DNA from: the human T2T-CHM13v2.0 reference genome, Homo sapiens
DNA length: 64,000 nucleotides
NCBI RefSeq assembly: GCF_009914755.1
Contig: NC_060941.1
Direction: 5' to 3' (one strand)
The notes below the pieces were generated by a model. It worked only from the letters and a program-made list of their open reading frames with translations. It had not been told where the DNA came from and did no database searches. Positions 18,247-50,030 of this stretch are shown here, one piece after another. The translations under genes were made by a program, and so were the position numbers. Positions within the stretch are counted from its first letter, which is position 1. Each line of letters opens with the position of its first letter.

Positions 18247-18369
18247 CCCTAGGAGGAGCCCTCACTGCTGTTCCCCATTTGACGCCCCTTTTCAGCAGGA
18301 AGTAGCCAGAAAGAGTCGTCGCCCAAAACCCCCTAACAGCAGATAGTGTGATATCACCACAGGGAGGAA

Positions 18370-18909
18370 TGTGGTAGGAGTTATTAAGAAATTATTTTAG
18401 GCAGAGAGGCAAAGGGGTCCTTGGGAAGTTTTAGTTTTTTAAAGCATCTCCAGAAAAGTTTCTTGTAAAGCCCCGACTCTTACAGTCAGGCCATCAACCT
18501 TTGATATGCAAATGCAGGCCATTAGAAACTGGGTCCACCCAACATGTCAATTCCCACAGCCTTCTTGCCCTTGCCCCACATGTTCCTGGCAACATGGCCA
18601 CCCCCACCTATCCCTACGTGTGTAGAACATCGTGGCGCCCCATATTTGCATATGGGTGGGAGGGCCAGCTCTTCCTCTGGCTATTTGAAGACATGCCTAG
18701 TCAAACCAATCCCCTGAGCCCTATGCAAATCAAACACTGCCTTCTCCAGCCTCTGTATATATACCTAGCTGGTATCCGTGGCAGGTGGGGACCTTCTCTT
18801 TCGGCTTTGGAGCCCCCTCTCCTGTCTCTGTACAGGTGAGCTGCTTCTTTCTTCCTTCTCCCTTCCTTCTAGCCCCTTCTTGCCTATTAAACTCTCTGCT
18901 CCTTAAAAC
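18370..18909 (+). mobile_element. 3' LTR U3-R of the ERV (no U5)
   Basis: Purine tract AGGGAGGAA (18361-18369) then TG; TATA about 18756-18762; ATTAAA 18886-18891; R matches the 5' copy at 11818-11942. Confidence 0.85.
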
Positions 18910-19879
18910 AAAAAACAAAACAAACAACAAAAAAGAAACTCTATGGGAAAGAAGACAAAAACAGATTTAAAAAACTTTCAGTGCTCTAATCTCATAAAAA
19001 TACATAATTCTATAAAATTGTAGGTACATACTCTTTGTACTCAGAATTTCCATTTAACATTATTTTACAAGAAGAACTCAACTAAGTGCTGGAGCTATGC
19101 GGTTCCAATCCTTATTCTGTCATTATATGACATATGGCCTCAAGCATGACATTTCAGCATCATGGGCTTCACTTTCCCCATTCATACACAGTGCAGGGCT
19201 CGATGCTGTTTACACACACGCATTTGTACATATCACTGTAGTGCACATGCTTGCCATTTTTAATGGTTATAGTGTTCTAAGGGGCTAATAATTATGAAAG
19301 ATAGAGCCATGGGGAGAACAGAAACAGAGGAGTAAGAATACATTTTCGGGCACATGCAAGTGAACTGACACCAGAAGACAAAGAATGAAACATAACAGCC
19401 TTAAAGTTTTAGAGACCAAATAAAGGTTTAGTAAGAAAAACTAGTACTTAGATTTGCATGAAACAGATCCTTAGGATTAATATTTAGATCTTACCAGAAA
19501 TCTGCCTTAAGAGATGTGATGGGAAAGGAGGGCTATTAGCTTATAAACACCGTAAGTTATAGACATATAATAGTTAAAACACAACGTATTAGGTATACAT
19601 CTAGTTGCTTTCTTAATTGCCCTCTACTTAACCCACTTGGCAGATTAACTGACAAGTTCTATTCCCTTGTAAATTTCCTGATGGCATTGTCACAGGCCTT
19701 TTGCAGCTAATTTGCTGCTTTCTAGCATACATAACATGGAAGTGTTCTCTCCAATTTAGGTGCATGCTTAACAAGATTTAGTTGTTTGCACCCGAAAGTT
19801 TATCCCAGTTATGTAATTATATCCCTCATTACACAGATATTAGGTAACTGATGGCATGAGTGAAGAGTTGTCTTTATGA

Positions 19880-21460
<1,581 letters not shown>

Positions 21461-22222
21461 AATAAGGCTATTTGCTAAAAACTGTTGAATAATTTGCGGG
21501 TCAGACAACTGTAAAAGTGGGAAAAATACACAAAGATCTAGGGTTCTCCACTATTACTAGTCTGTTATTTTATAAGGGCATCAATTGCCTCTGTTTATCA
21601 GTGGAAGACTTTATAAATGCATTATTTACATAAAACATACAAAGGCAGGAAATAACAGAGTAATGCAAAGGAAGGCGCTATGGACTGTCACATGCCACAT
21701 GCTCAACCAAGGGAAATAAGTGCTGTGTGAGGGATGAAGCAGCATCAAAAAAATAAGATTTTCAAACAACTGTTATTTTAAAAAACAGCTATATAAGCAC
21801 AGTTTGAGTATTCTGCAACCTGTACTTTGTGCAGGATGATACTATGAAATCAAGGTTAACTAATGTAAGGGAAATGGAAATCAAGTTTTTTAAAGAAAAC
21901 ACTCAATAATATAGCCTTTAGGATACTAGCATCCTGGGTCTTTCCTTCAGTACCTGTTTGTAGGATGGTTTTATAAACAGTAATGTCCAAAGGAAGTTGC
22001 ATGGTTAATACATGCTTAAATTGATATTTATAGCACCAGAATTGATACCAATTTCCCCTCATTTAGCTCAGGAAAACTTCCTGTACAAAGATGTCCCAGG
22101 AAACCTGATTCACGATTTTTAAGCAGTTCCCAAGTAAATGTTATTTGTTGAACATTTCTTTGATATATGCACAAAAATATTTTTCGTTATACCAATTTTC
22201 ACTCCATGCCAGTCAATTCTAC

Positions 22223-22255
22223 TTTATTACTGAAATCTAATTTATATAATTTATT
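22223..22255 (-). terminator. Candidate polyadenylation signals for ZNF287 (two AATAAA on minus strand)
   Basis: TTTATT at 22223-22228 and 22250-22255, about 1.9 kb after the stop. Other candidates exist (22631; ATTAAA about 23318), so the site actually used is unknown. Confidence 0.3.
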
Positions 22256-23616
22256 CATTAATTCAACCATGTATTGACCATGCACTATTATGCAAGGGAC
22301 TGGAGAAACAAGTAAGAGCACAATGAAATCTCAGTTCTCAGAATATGGCCTTATATTCTGGTAGTGGAATGCTGTAAATATGAAATACAATAGTATTTTT
22401 ATCTATTTCTATTTGCATTTCTGCCAGTTTTCCTTTTGAGACCCACAAACCCAGTTATCATTGTTTAATGATTACTGCATCAATGCTTTTTCCAATTAAA
22501 TTTTTTCCTGACATGTTAAGAGTAATCTCTGTTTTACTTGTATGTATGAAGGAGTGTCAGGCTTCCAATTATTCTTTAAAAATCGGTCATTTTGTTTTTA
22601 GTTTCTTCTAATAACCAGGCTGAATTCTTTTTTATTTAGCCACTCTCATTTCATAGGCAAAGCAAGTCCAATTACATTTCATGTTATAGCAATTATCTAT
22701 GTATGTTTTCCTCACTCCATTAAAATTTCACCTTTTCCCCGACCCACATTCTGCAGTGAATTCAGATCTATTTTCCATTTTTTTCTCACATTATTTATAT
22801 AGCTACACTATCACTTCCACTTCCTTCTCTTGGGATATAGGTAGCATTTGGCAACCCATTTTAGCAGGTTGCTTATGCTCAACCCATGACAAAATATCAC
22901 ATCCTCACTTTCTCATCACTCTAGAAATCTTTCTGTTGTGTAAACCACCTGTGATTTTCAGCACTGTAACAAGCTTGAGAGGATCCAATTAGGAAGTTTG
23001 GGACCTGAGCATAGTAGACACTCAAGAAACGTGTTTCAGTGGAAGAAATGAACTTTCCATAGTAAAACAGTCACAGAGAAACCTAAAGTATAAATTTAGG
23101 AGTCAGGTGAAAAAAATGGGAACTGTATACTTTATACCTACTTTTTTCCTTCAGGATGACCTTGAATGTCAAAACCTAGTGAAATCAAGGCTAATGTGTA
23201 TTGAAAATTCATTTAAGCTTGAGGCATTTAATTTTTGCCTGTTTAACTAAATCTCTACACATCTAATGTTATATACACATTAGTTTCTATCATAACATAT
23301 CTTTCATTAAGCTTCTCTTTAATATTTCCATATCTGAGGGAAGGTGTAACCAGTGGTCACATAGAAATCTTTAAGATACTTCCAACTGTTTTTTTTTCAA
23401 ACCTACTGGCTCCATATGGCAGTTATGGCATAACAGGAGAAGGGGAAGTAAAACAGGGAAGGGAGTCCTTTACATATTTTAAGGCTTCAAAGCTGGGAAT
23501 AAAAGGCCTGAAAGCAGCTTACTCTTTTCTGTAATTTTAAGATCACTCTCTAGTGTGAAATCTCTATTTGATGGACACCTTCCTAAGTTACACTCATAAG
23601 GCCTCATTAGGATGTA

Positions 23617-23852
23617 CAGTTGACCCTTGAACAACACATTTGAACTGTACAGATCCATTTATACTGGAATTTTTTTTTTCAACTGAACAGAGTTTGAAAG
23701 CACATTATTCAGGGATGGGAAACCTGCATAGATGTAGGGCTTTTCATATACACAGGTTCCACCAGGCTGACCGTGCAACTTGAGTATGGGTAGATTTTCG
23801 TATACATGGGTGGTCCTGGAACCAATCCCCCGAGTATACCAAAGGATAAGTG
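23617..23852 (-). mobile_element. MER8 (Tigger2-derived MITE) in the presumed ZNF287 3'UTR
   Basis: TA-flanked, about 236 bp, CAGTTGACCCTTGAACAACAC...GAGTATACCAAAGGATAAGTG. Confidence 0.8.
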
Positions 23853-24138
23853 TACTTGAAATAGAGAGTTGATGAGTTATGTTTTTGAATACCCTTCACA
23901 GGGTTTCTTTCTGTAATGAATTAAAATCATATCAAATTAAGGTTAAGAAGTCAAGTTTCCTTCTTAAATTTCACATTAAATCTAAATAGGTTATATCCAT
24001 ACCACTACTTCTGATACTTCTGCTGAGTATCTAACATATTGCACTTCTTCAGACTTCTTCTGAATGTTCTGACACATAGAATGCACAAAACAAAATTGAA
24101 ACAAAGTTGTAAAACCGAATTGAAGTTTCCCTTATCCA

Positions 24139-40018
<15,880 letters not shown>

Positions 40019-40899
40019 TGCTACAGACAGGAGAGTCAATCTGGCAATATCCTTTATTTCTCCAGTAGTGAGCCAACTGCTTGAAGTCTCATGCTAGAGT
40101 CACAAGGACACTATATCAAAGGCTGCTGCAGCCGAGGGCAGAACAGAATCAAGGTAGAGTTAGCAGCCTTAGTGACAAATTCTGAGCCCAGAACTTGCAG
40201 GGATGGATAAGAGACCCTGAAACACAAGCATGGACCACAAGGTCAAGAATCCCTGGTGTACTCTACTATACATATACACACACAGAAACAGACTCGCAGT
40301 GTGCATAGATGAACACACATAAGCTTTACCTTGTCTTCCTCCCCTATATCCTTAGACTTGTAAGGGAACTGCCATCTGCTTGGGGTTGGTGGGGGATGGA
40401 GCTGCTATTAAAAAGGTAGTGTCAGAGGCAATGACTCGAATCTAAGCCAAACAACAGATTAAACCTCTAACCTGTTGTAACAAAAATTAAACATTTTTAT
40501 AGAGAAAATAGTTTCATTATTTTAGTCACTGATGTTACAGAAGCTGTAATGACTGAACGGACTCTCAACAATAACAAAGTGAATCTGTTACTTGGAAGAA
40601 ACTAGGAGAATTTCTTCTTAATACAGTGCTCAAGGTTCCCAAGGGAACTGTCAGGGGAAAGGACGAGCCATTTATCTGCGTTGCATGTTAATGCCAGCCG
40701 ATTCTAGCCTTTCACTATCAGAGGGTTGGGAAGACCAGCGGGTTGGACTGGAAAAGAGTGAAGAGGTTGGTGTGACTTCAAGTCCTTTAAGTGCTTCTAT
40801 AGGAGACAGTTCTTTAGGGATATATTCGAAACCAGGATTCTCGAAGGAAACCTTAGAACCGGCCTGATCTGGAGGAGAACCGACACCACCTCTCCCCAG

Positions 40900-41790
40900 G
40901 CTCCAGCTCCGAGCCCTGCTGAGGCACAGTCGTGCCACCAAAGACAACTGTTTACAAGGCCCTGCGGAGGTGATGCGACAGCCTTGCCTTGCCTCCTGTC
41001 GCCTCCCCTTCCCGGCCAAGTCCCTCTGCCTCTTACTCCTCTTCAGCCGCAGGGTCGAGGTCGAGGGCAGCGGGGGAGTCGGGGACCGTGCGACGCGCAA
41101 CGCTGGGACTGGGCCCACAGCAGCCTCCACCCCGTCTTTGCCCTCCCGCAAGCCACGAGCACGGGAGCCCGCGCGTGGACGGGCTCGGGCTGTCACTGAT
41201 CGCGCGGACACTCGCGCGCTGCGCCCGGACATCAATACCTGTCGCTGGGACCCGGCCGACGGGCAGCCGGAGCGGCCCTAAGGCCACAGGCAACAATGGC
41301 GACGCTGGCACAGGCGCCTGCGTGGCGGGCTCAGTCCCGAGCGGCAGCGGATCCTCGGGCTCCGCCACTTCCCTTCCCCGCAAAGCACAGAGTGTCCCGG
41401 CCAGGAGCTGCACGTTCCAGCCCGGTCCTGAGAAGCCCGGCCCAGAAACCCCGGCGCCTCTGCTTAGCCGCGACCTCGCCTCGGCGTCACTGCGCATGTG
41501 CGCCAGAGGAACGCTGCGCGCCCGCAGAGCCAATCGGAGCCCAAGCTGCCGCCTCCCCCTCCCGCGCCTCTGGCCCTGGACCTGTCTCCATGGCAACCTC
41601 CTCCACCCATCGCTCTGACTTGCTTGTCAGCCTGCGAGGTTCCGAAGGGAACTTCAAAGTTTCCCCGGGCAGACGCAGGTCTGGTAGACGTCTTGGAGGC
41701 CAGGGAGGTGCCAGTAGCTGGAGGAGCGCCGGGAGTTGAAGCCCCGCGCCAACTACGCAGAGAAAACTGGGCGCCAGATTTCCTAGAGGA
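40900..41790 (-). promoter_or_regulatory. CpG island promoter of ZNF287
   Basis: High GC and CpG density; NRF1-like TGCGCATGTGCG (41491-41502), AGCCAATC CCAAT box (about 41528-41535), CCCCTCCC GC-box (about 41555). Confidence 0.9.
41239..41490 (-). other. ZNF287: Probable non-coding first exon of ZNF287 (5' boundary approximate)
   Basis: CAG|gtattg donor at 41239/41238 inside the CpG island, downstream of NRF1/CCAAT/GC-box motifs. The TSS cannot be read exactly from sequence. Confidence 0.6.
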
Positions 41791-42191
41791 AGAATGGGCA
41801 GGGAAGATGTGGGTCTAAAGGCAGAAAGACTTAATGTGCGGTTTCGGGCTTTACTGTGCATACATACTAACTGTGAAAGGTTTTCACTTCCTCCTCAGGA
41901 ATTTGATTCTGAGACTCTCAGATTGGGGGAAAAAAACCCATGTTCTTTCTTTCTTTCTTTTTTTTCTTTTGAGACGGAGTCTCGCTCTGTCGCCCAGGCT
42001 GGAGTGCAATGGTGCGAGCTCGGCTCACTGCAACCTCCGCCTCCTGGGTTCAAGTGATTCTCCTGTGTTCAAGTGATTCTCACTTGAACTTCCTGGGTTC
42101 AGCCTCCCGAGTAGCTGTTATTTCTAAGAGACACAAAACAAAAATACATAAAACACTGGAAAAATAAAAGCATAGAAAAACATATTCAAGG

Positions 42192-42720
42192 TGTTCCCGT
42201 TATCTACTGTTCTATTAACAAACCACCCCAAAACTTAGTGGTTTTGAAGAACAATCACCGTATTATGCTCATAAATTTCATGGTGAGGAATTTGAAAGGG
42301 GAACTGAGTGGGTGGGCCTTTGCCTCATTATGTCTGTAGCCTCTGTTGGGATGATTTGATGGCTGGGAGGGCCCGCTTCCAAGATGGCTTTTCCACTCAC
42401 ATGTCTACTGCTTGGGAGGAGATGGGCTAAAAGATGAACTCGGCTTGTGTTTGACCAGAGTGCCTCAATGTGGTCTCTCCAGCATAAAGGACTGAGGGCA
42501 GCTGGACTTGTTACATGGTGGCTCTGGGCTCCAAGAGTGAGCATTCCAGTGAACAAGAGAGAAGCGCCATGGCCAATTATAACATGGCCTTGGAAGTCAC
42601 CTAACACCAATTCTGTCAGACTCTTGGTCAAAGCAATCACAAGCCTACAGAGAATCAAATGGAGGCAGAATCCTGTGAGGGTGGAGGAGGACTGTCAAAG
42701 ACTCTTAATATCACCACACC
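42192..42720. mobile_element. MLT1 (MaLR) LTR, followed by Alu 42747-43055 (+)
   Basis: AACAAACCACCCCAAAACTTAGTGG and CTTCCAAGATGGCT...CACTCACATG motifs. Confidence 0.7.
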
Positions 42721-42923
42721 AGGAAAATTTTAACAAAAAGAAAGTTGGACCGGGCGCGGTGGCTCACGCCTGTAATTCCAGCACTTTGGGAGGCCCAGGC
42801 AGGTAGATCACCTGAGGTCAGGAGTTTGAGACCAGCCTGGCCAACATGGTGAAACTCCGTCTCTACTAAAAGAACAAAAATTAGCCTGGTGTGGTGGCGC
42901 ACGCCTGTAATCCCAGCTACTCA

Positions 42924-43037
<114 letters not shown>

Positions 43038-43067
43038 TCAAAAAAAAAAAAAAACAAACTTGGGGAG

Positions 43068-43458
43068 TGTGATGGTCTTTTGATGTGTCAACTTGGCTAG
43101 GCTACAGTCTCTTGCTATTTAAGTAAACACGAATCTAGGTGTTGCTGTAAAGGCATTTTGTAGATGAGATTGAAGCCCATAAACCCAGTTGGACTAAGTA
43201 GCATGGGAGATTATCCTAGATAATTTGGGTGGGCCTGATTCAATCAGTTAAAAGCTTTCCAAAAAGAACCGAAGTTTCCCTGATGGAGAAGAAACTCCAT
43301 CAGCGTACCACAGCTTCCAGCCTGCCCTTCCTGATGGGGTGCTCTTATGGACTTTGGACTCACCTGGTCACCCCCTCAATCGAGTAAGCCAACTCTTTGC
43401 CACAAGTATCTTAAATATCTACTGGTTCCGCTTTTTTGATTGAACCCTGACTGATACA
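43068..43458 (+). mobile_element. MLT2 (ERVL) solo LTR
   Basis: TGTGATGG...TGTGTCAACTTGGCTAGGCTACAGT ... GAACCCTGACTGATACA termini. Confidence 0.8.
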
Positions 43459-45500
43459 AGTAATAATTCTAATATCTGATAAGCTAGAATTTGAGAAGAT
43501 TAAAAGGGAATAAATAAGAGTGCTTGATGGAAAAGATATATTTATCATAAATATACAGCATGTCCCTAACACTAAGGCCTCAAAATATACAAAGCAATAG
43601 CTGACATACCTGTAGGGAGGAAAACATAAACCAACAACCAAAGCTGGAAACTTAATACGCCCTATAGTGCACACTGTGGTGCTGCCAGGATCCTCCTTCA
43701 GGGTTGAGGCATCCATCCCAGCAGCTGCCGGGTGAGTGGCTGCTGATGGCTCACAGCAAAATACTTCCTTGGGAGTTGTCCTAACTGCAGGGGGCTGCCT
43801 CTCACAAGTCACGTCTTCTCCCCGGGGGAAGTCCATATCCAAAGACTGCTCAGTGCAGGCCTCAAAGACCTGGCCCCCTGTCTTCAACTTGCAGCCTCTA
43901 TAAAGGGCCATCTTGGCTTAAGAGTTCCCTGTGAGACCAACTGAGGCCTCTGTTGCAGTCATACAGCATTTAAACCTATTACTCTGTCCAGTTATCCTTA
44001 TATCACTCCTGTACAGGCATTTTTTCTAGAGAACACTACCCAGTAATTACCTTGTATGCAATTCTCCATCTCAGAATCTATTTATAGGGAATCTGCCCTA
44101 CACCAGTTGGTACCAGCAGTTGTTCCAAGAACGCAAACTCTAAAATGGAATTTTTTTCTTTTTGAGGTGGGGTCTTGCTCTGTCGCACAGGCTGGAGTGT
44201 AGTGGTGCAATCTCAGCTTACTGAAACCTTTGCCTCCCGGGTTCAGGCAATTCTCTCTGCCTCAGCCTCCTGAGTAGCTGGGATTACAGGCACCCACCAC
44301 CACACCCGGCTAATTTTTGTATTTTTTAGTAGACACTGGGTTTCGCCATGTTGTCCAGGCTGGTCTTGAACTCCTGACCTCAGGTGATCTGCCTGCCTTG
44401 GCCTCCCAAAGTGCTGGGATTACAGGCATTAGCCATAAAATGGAATTTTGAAACTGTGTTACCTGCCACCTAGCTGACAATGAGGGAGGGCCCTATGACT
44501 TGTGATTGGCAGAGTAGTGATAATGATAGCATATGTCAGGTTGTAGCAAAGTAATTGTTAAAATTGTCAGTGGTGTTGAACTGGGGTGGAATGTTGACAG
44601 AAGGGAACGCACTGGTGGGTGCTATATCTCAGATCTTTATAACACTGGGGGAAGTGGTAATTCTAGAGATGATGGAATTGAATGGCTATTACCAGGAGCT
44701 ATTGACAATGACGGTGATTAGTGACAAATTAATTGAAAATGTGAGCGTCAGAAGACTTCTTTGAAGCCTGACAGCAAAACAGCTGAGAATCAGGCCCTAA
44801 CTTCAGCTAAGTTTGAATTCTAAATCCCAGCAAGTTTGCTATGCCAAGGTCAGGATCCTGCTGGGAAGGAGTAGAACTCTGAGATTTGGGATGGGGACAT
44901 TTTGATTTGTGCATGCAAACACCTTCAAACACCAATCACTCTGAATTTCTCAGGCTTGCTAAAGTGGCCCACTCCTCCAAGTCTAAAGCTAGGGCTCTGC
45001 CTTGCTTGAAGATGATGCAGACTGAGGCCTCTACATTGCAATACAACCCGTTCCCCCTCAGGATCTACCTACCCTTTCCTCTCCCTACCCCATCCACTAG
45101 ACCAATAACTAGAATTAAGTCACCAAAAAAACCCAACAGGGGAAATTCTGGGCATGATAAGAGAGGAAAAGAACCATCCTCTGAAGTTACTACAGGCCCT
45201 AGTTTATATGTATCTGTAGGAACCAGGACAGTATGTATGAGACTGGACCCTGAGGATGCTGGATCAAGAAGGTAAAACATATATTAGAGTACCAGAGAGT
45301 TTATTGAAAAGGAGCACATTCCTGGCCAGGCACAGTGGCTCATGCCTGTAATCCAAGCACTTTGGGAGGCTGAGGCAGGCGGCTCACCTGAGGTCAGGAG
45401 TTCGAGACCAGCCTGGCCAGCATGGTGAAACCCTGTCTCTAGTAGAAATACAAAAAATTAGCCAGGCGTGGTGGCAGGTGCCTGTAATCTCAGCGACTCA

Positions 45501-45605
<105 letters not shown>

Positions 45606-46587
45606 TCAAAAAAAAAAAGAAAAAAAAAGAAAAAAAAGAAAAGAAAAAGAAAAAAGAAAGAAAGAAAGCACACTCCTGTGATACGGGACTTAAACACTCT
45701 GGCAAGGATGCTAGGAGATGGGGATTAGAGAAATTTAGAGAAATACATGGCTCATGTTAAGCAGAAAATGTCAGAATTGCTTGACAAAAGGTAAAATAAG
45801 AAGTTAAAAGGTTCAGGGAACTGGGCATACTAGAATAGGTAGAGTATGTAAGGCTGAAATACCAGCTGTCTGTGTTTCATCAGAAAGTCTGGAAGATCAT
45901 CTGCTGCGATAAAGAATGTGCTAGAGAGAGGCACCAGCATCATTGAGAAACTCTGTGGTAGCTGTCCTCTGCAGGCTGAGGCTGACAGTAGGGGATTTGT
46001 TACAAGACTGGGCCTCCCTGAGGATGGCTCCAGAAATAAGGTGAGCTCAATTCACATAATGAGCAGTAAGATTAAAGTGGAAGATGGGGAGAGGGAAAGG
46101 GGAAGAGGGGCTTTATCTTCAGAGAACTTTCGAGGAGATTAATAGAACATAGTGTCTCTAAAGGCAAGAAATATGGGCAAACAACAGGGGAAGTAATCAG
46201 TTTATACGGTCAAGTGAAATAAAGGATGGATAATCAAGAAACTGAGGCTAATATAATGTAATGATCACTGCCATTTTCAAACCCAGAACCCATGACTGAA
46301 GAAGCCAAATCTTCAGAAGTCAGGACCCTATCTCACCACCATGAATATATGCGGTAATGATTTTCCCAGCCCCCTCCCACCCAAAGGGACCTATGGCCAT
46401 TTACTCAGGTATACAAGAAAAAGGGAGTCCCCAGAAGTTTCAAGGCTGCTGGACAAAGTTTCTGAGTTGGCCGGGCGCGGTGGCTCATGCCTGTAATCCC
46501 AGCACTTTGAGAGGCCAAGGCAGGCAGATCACGAGGTCAGGAGATCGAGACCATCCTGGCTAACAAGGTGAAACCCCGTCTCTATTA

Positions 46588-46794
<207 letters not shown>

Positions 46795-47436
46795 TTAGGG
46801 ACCTTAGGCAACATGATGGCCTCTATGTTAAAATGGAGAAGTGTGGCAGCCAGGTAGTCCATGAAAGTCTGTCTCATGGCAGGCCCACAGGATTCATTGC
46901 CCCATTCAGTGGTAATTTCCAAAGACCTTGAATGTATAACTGGAATGGATGTACTTACTGTTGGCAAACCAAATTAGTTCCTTGGCCTATAGGGTAAGAG
47001 CTACCAAAAAGGCCAAGTGGAATACTCTGAAACTACTTCCCTACCCCTTCCTTGGCCAAGACATAAGTCAAAAAGTGTCACTTCCAGAGGGAATGGCAGA
47101 GATTCATGCCTCTCTTAATGACCTAAAAGGTACAGGGTGGCAGTCCTCATTGTATCCCCACTTGATTTAACAGTCAGGCCCTTCCCAAACCCCTATGGAT
47201 TATGAGGATGACAGTGGATTATTATAAAAGATTGAACAAGAATTTGCTCCAATTGTTTTGCTAGAACAGACTGAGACATCCACAATTACATGGCATCCAG
47301 GCTTTGCTCTGGCAAGTGTGTTCATCTGCCAGGTGAGCAAGACATGGCAGGTAAGTCGGAGGCCTTGGTAAAAGACAAGCACTACAGAGGGTGGAGATGG
47401 ATCCTACACAATTTCAGGGGCCTACTACAGCAGTAA

Positions 47437-47667
<231 letters not shown>

Positions 47668-48334
47668 TAATTTTTTTGTATTTTTGGTAGAGACAGGGTT
47701 TCACTGTGTTAGCCAGGATGGTCTCGAACTCCTGACCTCGTGATCCACCCACCTCGGCCCCCCAAAGTCCTGGGACTACAGGCATGAGCCACCATGCCTG
47801 GCCTACACTCCTACCTCTTAACAAGGAAGCACAATCCTTGATAAGACCTTTTGGGTTTCAAAGGCAGAACATTCTAACTTGAGCAAGAATCATGACATGG
47901 AATGCTGTCAGCTCTGAGTGGGGCACAGAGCAGGAAAAGGCTAGGCAGCAGGTCCAGGCTGTAGTTCAAGCAGTACTTCCACCTGGGCCATATGACCCAG
48001 CAGCTGTTATAGTAGTAGAGGTATCTGGGCTGCAAAAGACACCATGTGGAGTTTATGGCAAGCCCCACCATGTGAATCACAATATAGACCCCTCGGATTA
48101 TAGAACAGGTCTTGTCATCTTCAGCAGAGAATTATATGCCATTCAAAGATCAGCTCCTAGCATGACACTGGGTAAAGAACTTGACCATGGAACATCATGT
48201 GACCTTGACCAGACCTGTTTATCATGAGCTAGGTTCCATCGGATGCTTTAAGTCATGAGGTCAAGCAAGTCTAGCAGTAATTCATAAGTAAAATGGAAGT
48301 GGTGTATGTGAGTTTGGGCATGTTTTAATATAGG

Positions 48335-49212
<878 letters not shown>

Positions 49213-49664
49213 AGGGCACAAGCAAGACCAAAGTGGATAAGCTGCACAGGCAGATGGCTCAGCCTTTTATGGCATGATAACATGACACCTTCCCTCAGTG
49301 CACACCTATGATTGTGGGGGAACCAGCTAATGGAGGAAGAAAAAGTCCAACCCTGGTTCATGGATGAGTTTGCTCAATTTGTGGGTACCAGCTGAAAATG
49401 TGGGTACCAGCTCCTATATCATAGCCCTATTTAAGAGTGGCCTTGAAAGAAACTGATGAGAGAATGTCCTTGCAATGGACAGAGCTGGTGAACACCTGGA
49501 CGTTTATTTTATGTAGAAAGAGAAGTGGACAGAAGTAAGGATACACACGAAAAAAGATGGCTGGCTTGGATGGTTGGTCAAGGGACTTAGAAGATGGAAA
49601 GACTGGAGGCAAGGAGGTCTGGGGGAAAATCCAAGTGGATAGAGCCACACTAGGGGGCATGAAG

Positions 49665-50030
49665 TGTGTCTTAGTCTGTTTTGTGCTGCTATAACAGAAA
49701 ATCGCAGAATGCCTAATTTATAATGAACAGAACTTTACTGACTCACGGTTCTAGAGGCTTGGAAGTCCAATATCAAGAAGCCAGCATCTGGTGAGGGCCT
49801 TCTTGCTGCATCATTCCATGTCAGAAGCACAAAGAGGGGGAGAAAGGGAGTAAAAGGGGCTGAACTTCCCCTTTGATAACAAACCCACATTCATGATAAC
49901 AGCATTAATCCATTCACTCTGCTCTCAAGTCTAATCACTTCTCATTAGGCCTCACCTCCCAACACTATTGATACTGGGGATTAATTTTCCAACATCATGC
50001 TTTCTGGGGGACACATTCAAACCATGGCAG
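49665..50030 (-). mobile_element. MST/MLT1A MaLR LTR
   Basis: TGTCTTAGTCTGTTTTGTGCTGCTATAACAG ... GGGGACACATTCAAACCATGGCA. Confidence 0.75.

Noticed and set aside
40672-41861. Several 100-209 aa ORFs on both strands of the ZNF287 CpG island
   Set aside because: Stop-poor GC-rich DNA gives low-complexity Arg/Ala/Pro/Gly peptides with no domain.
43411-43911. 166-aa minus-strand ORF
   Set aside because: Spans LTR16-like, L1 and MLT2 fragments; a chance ORF.
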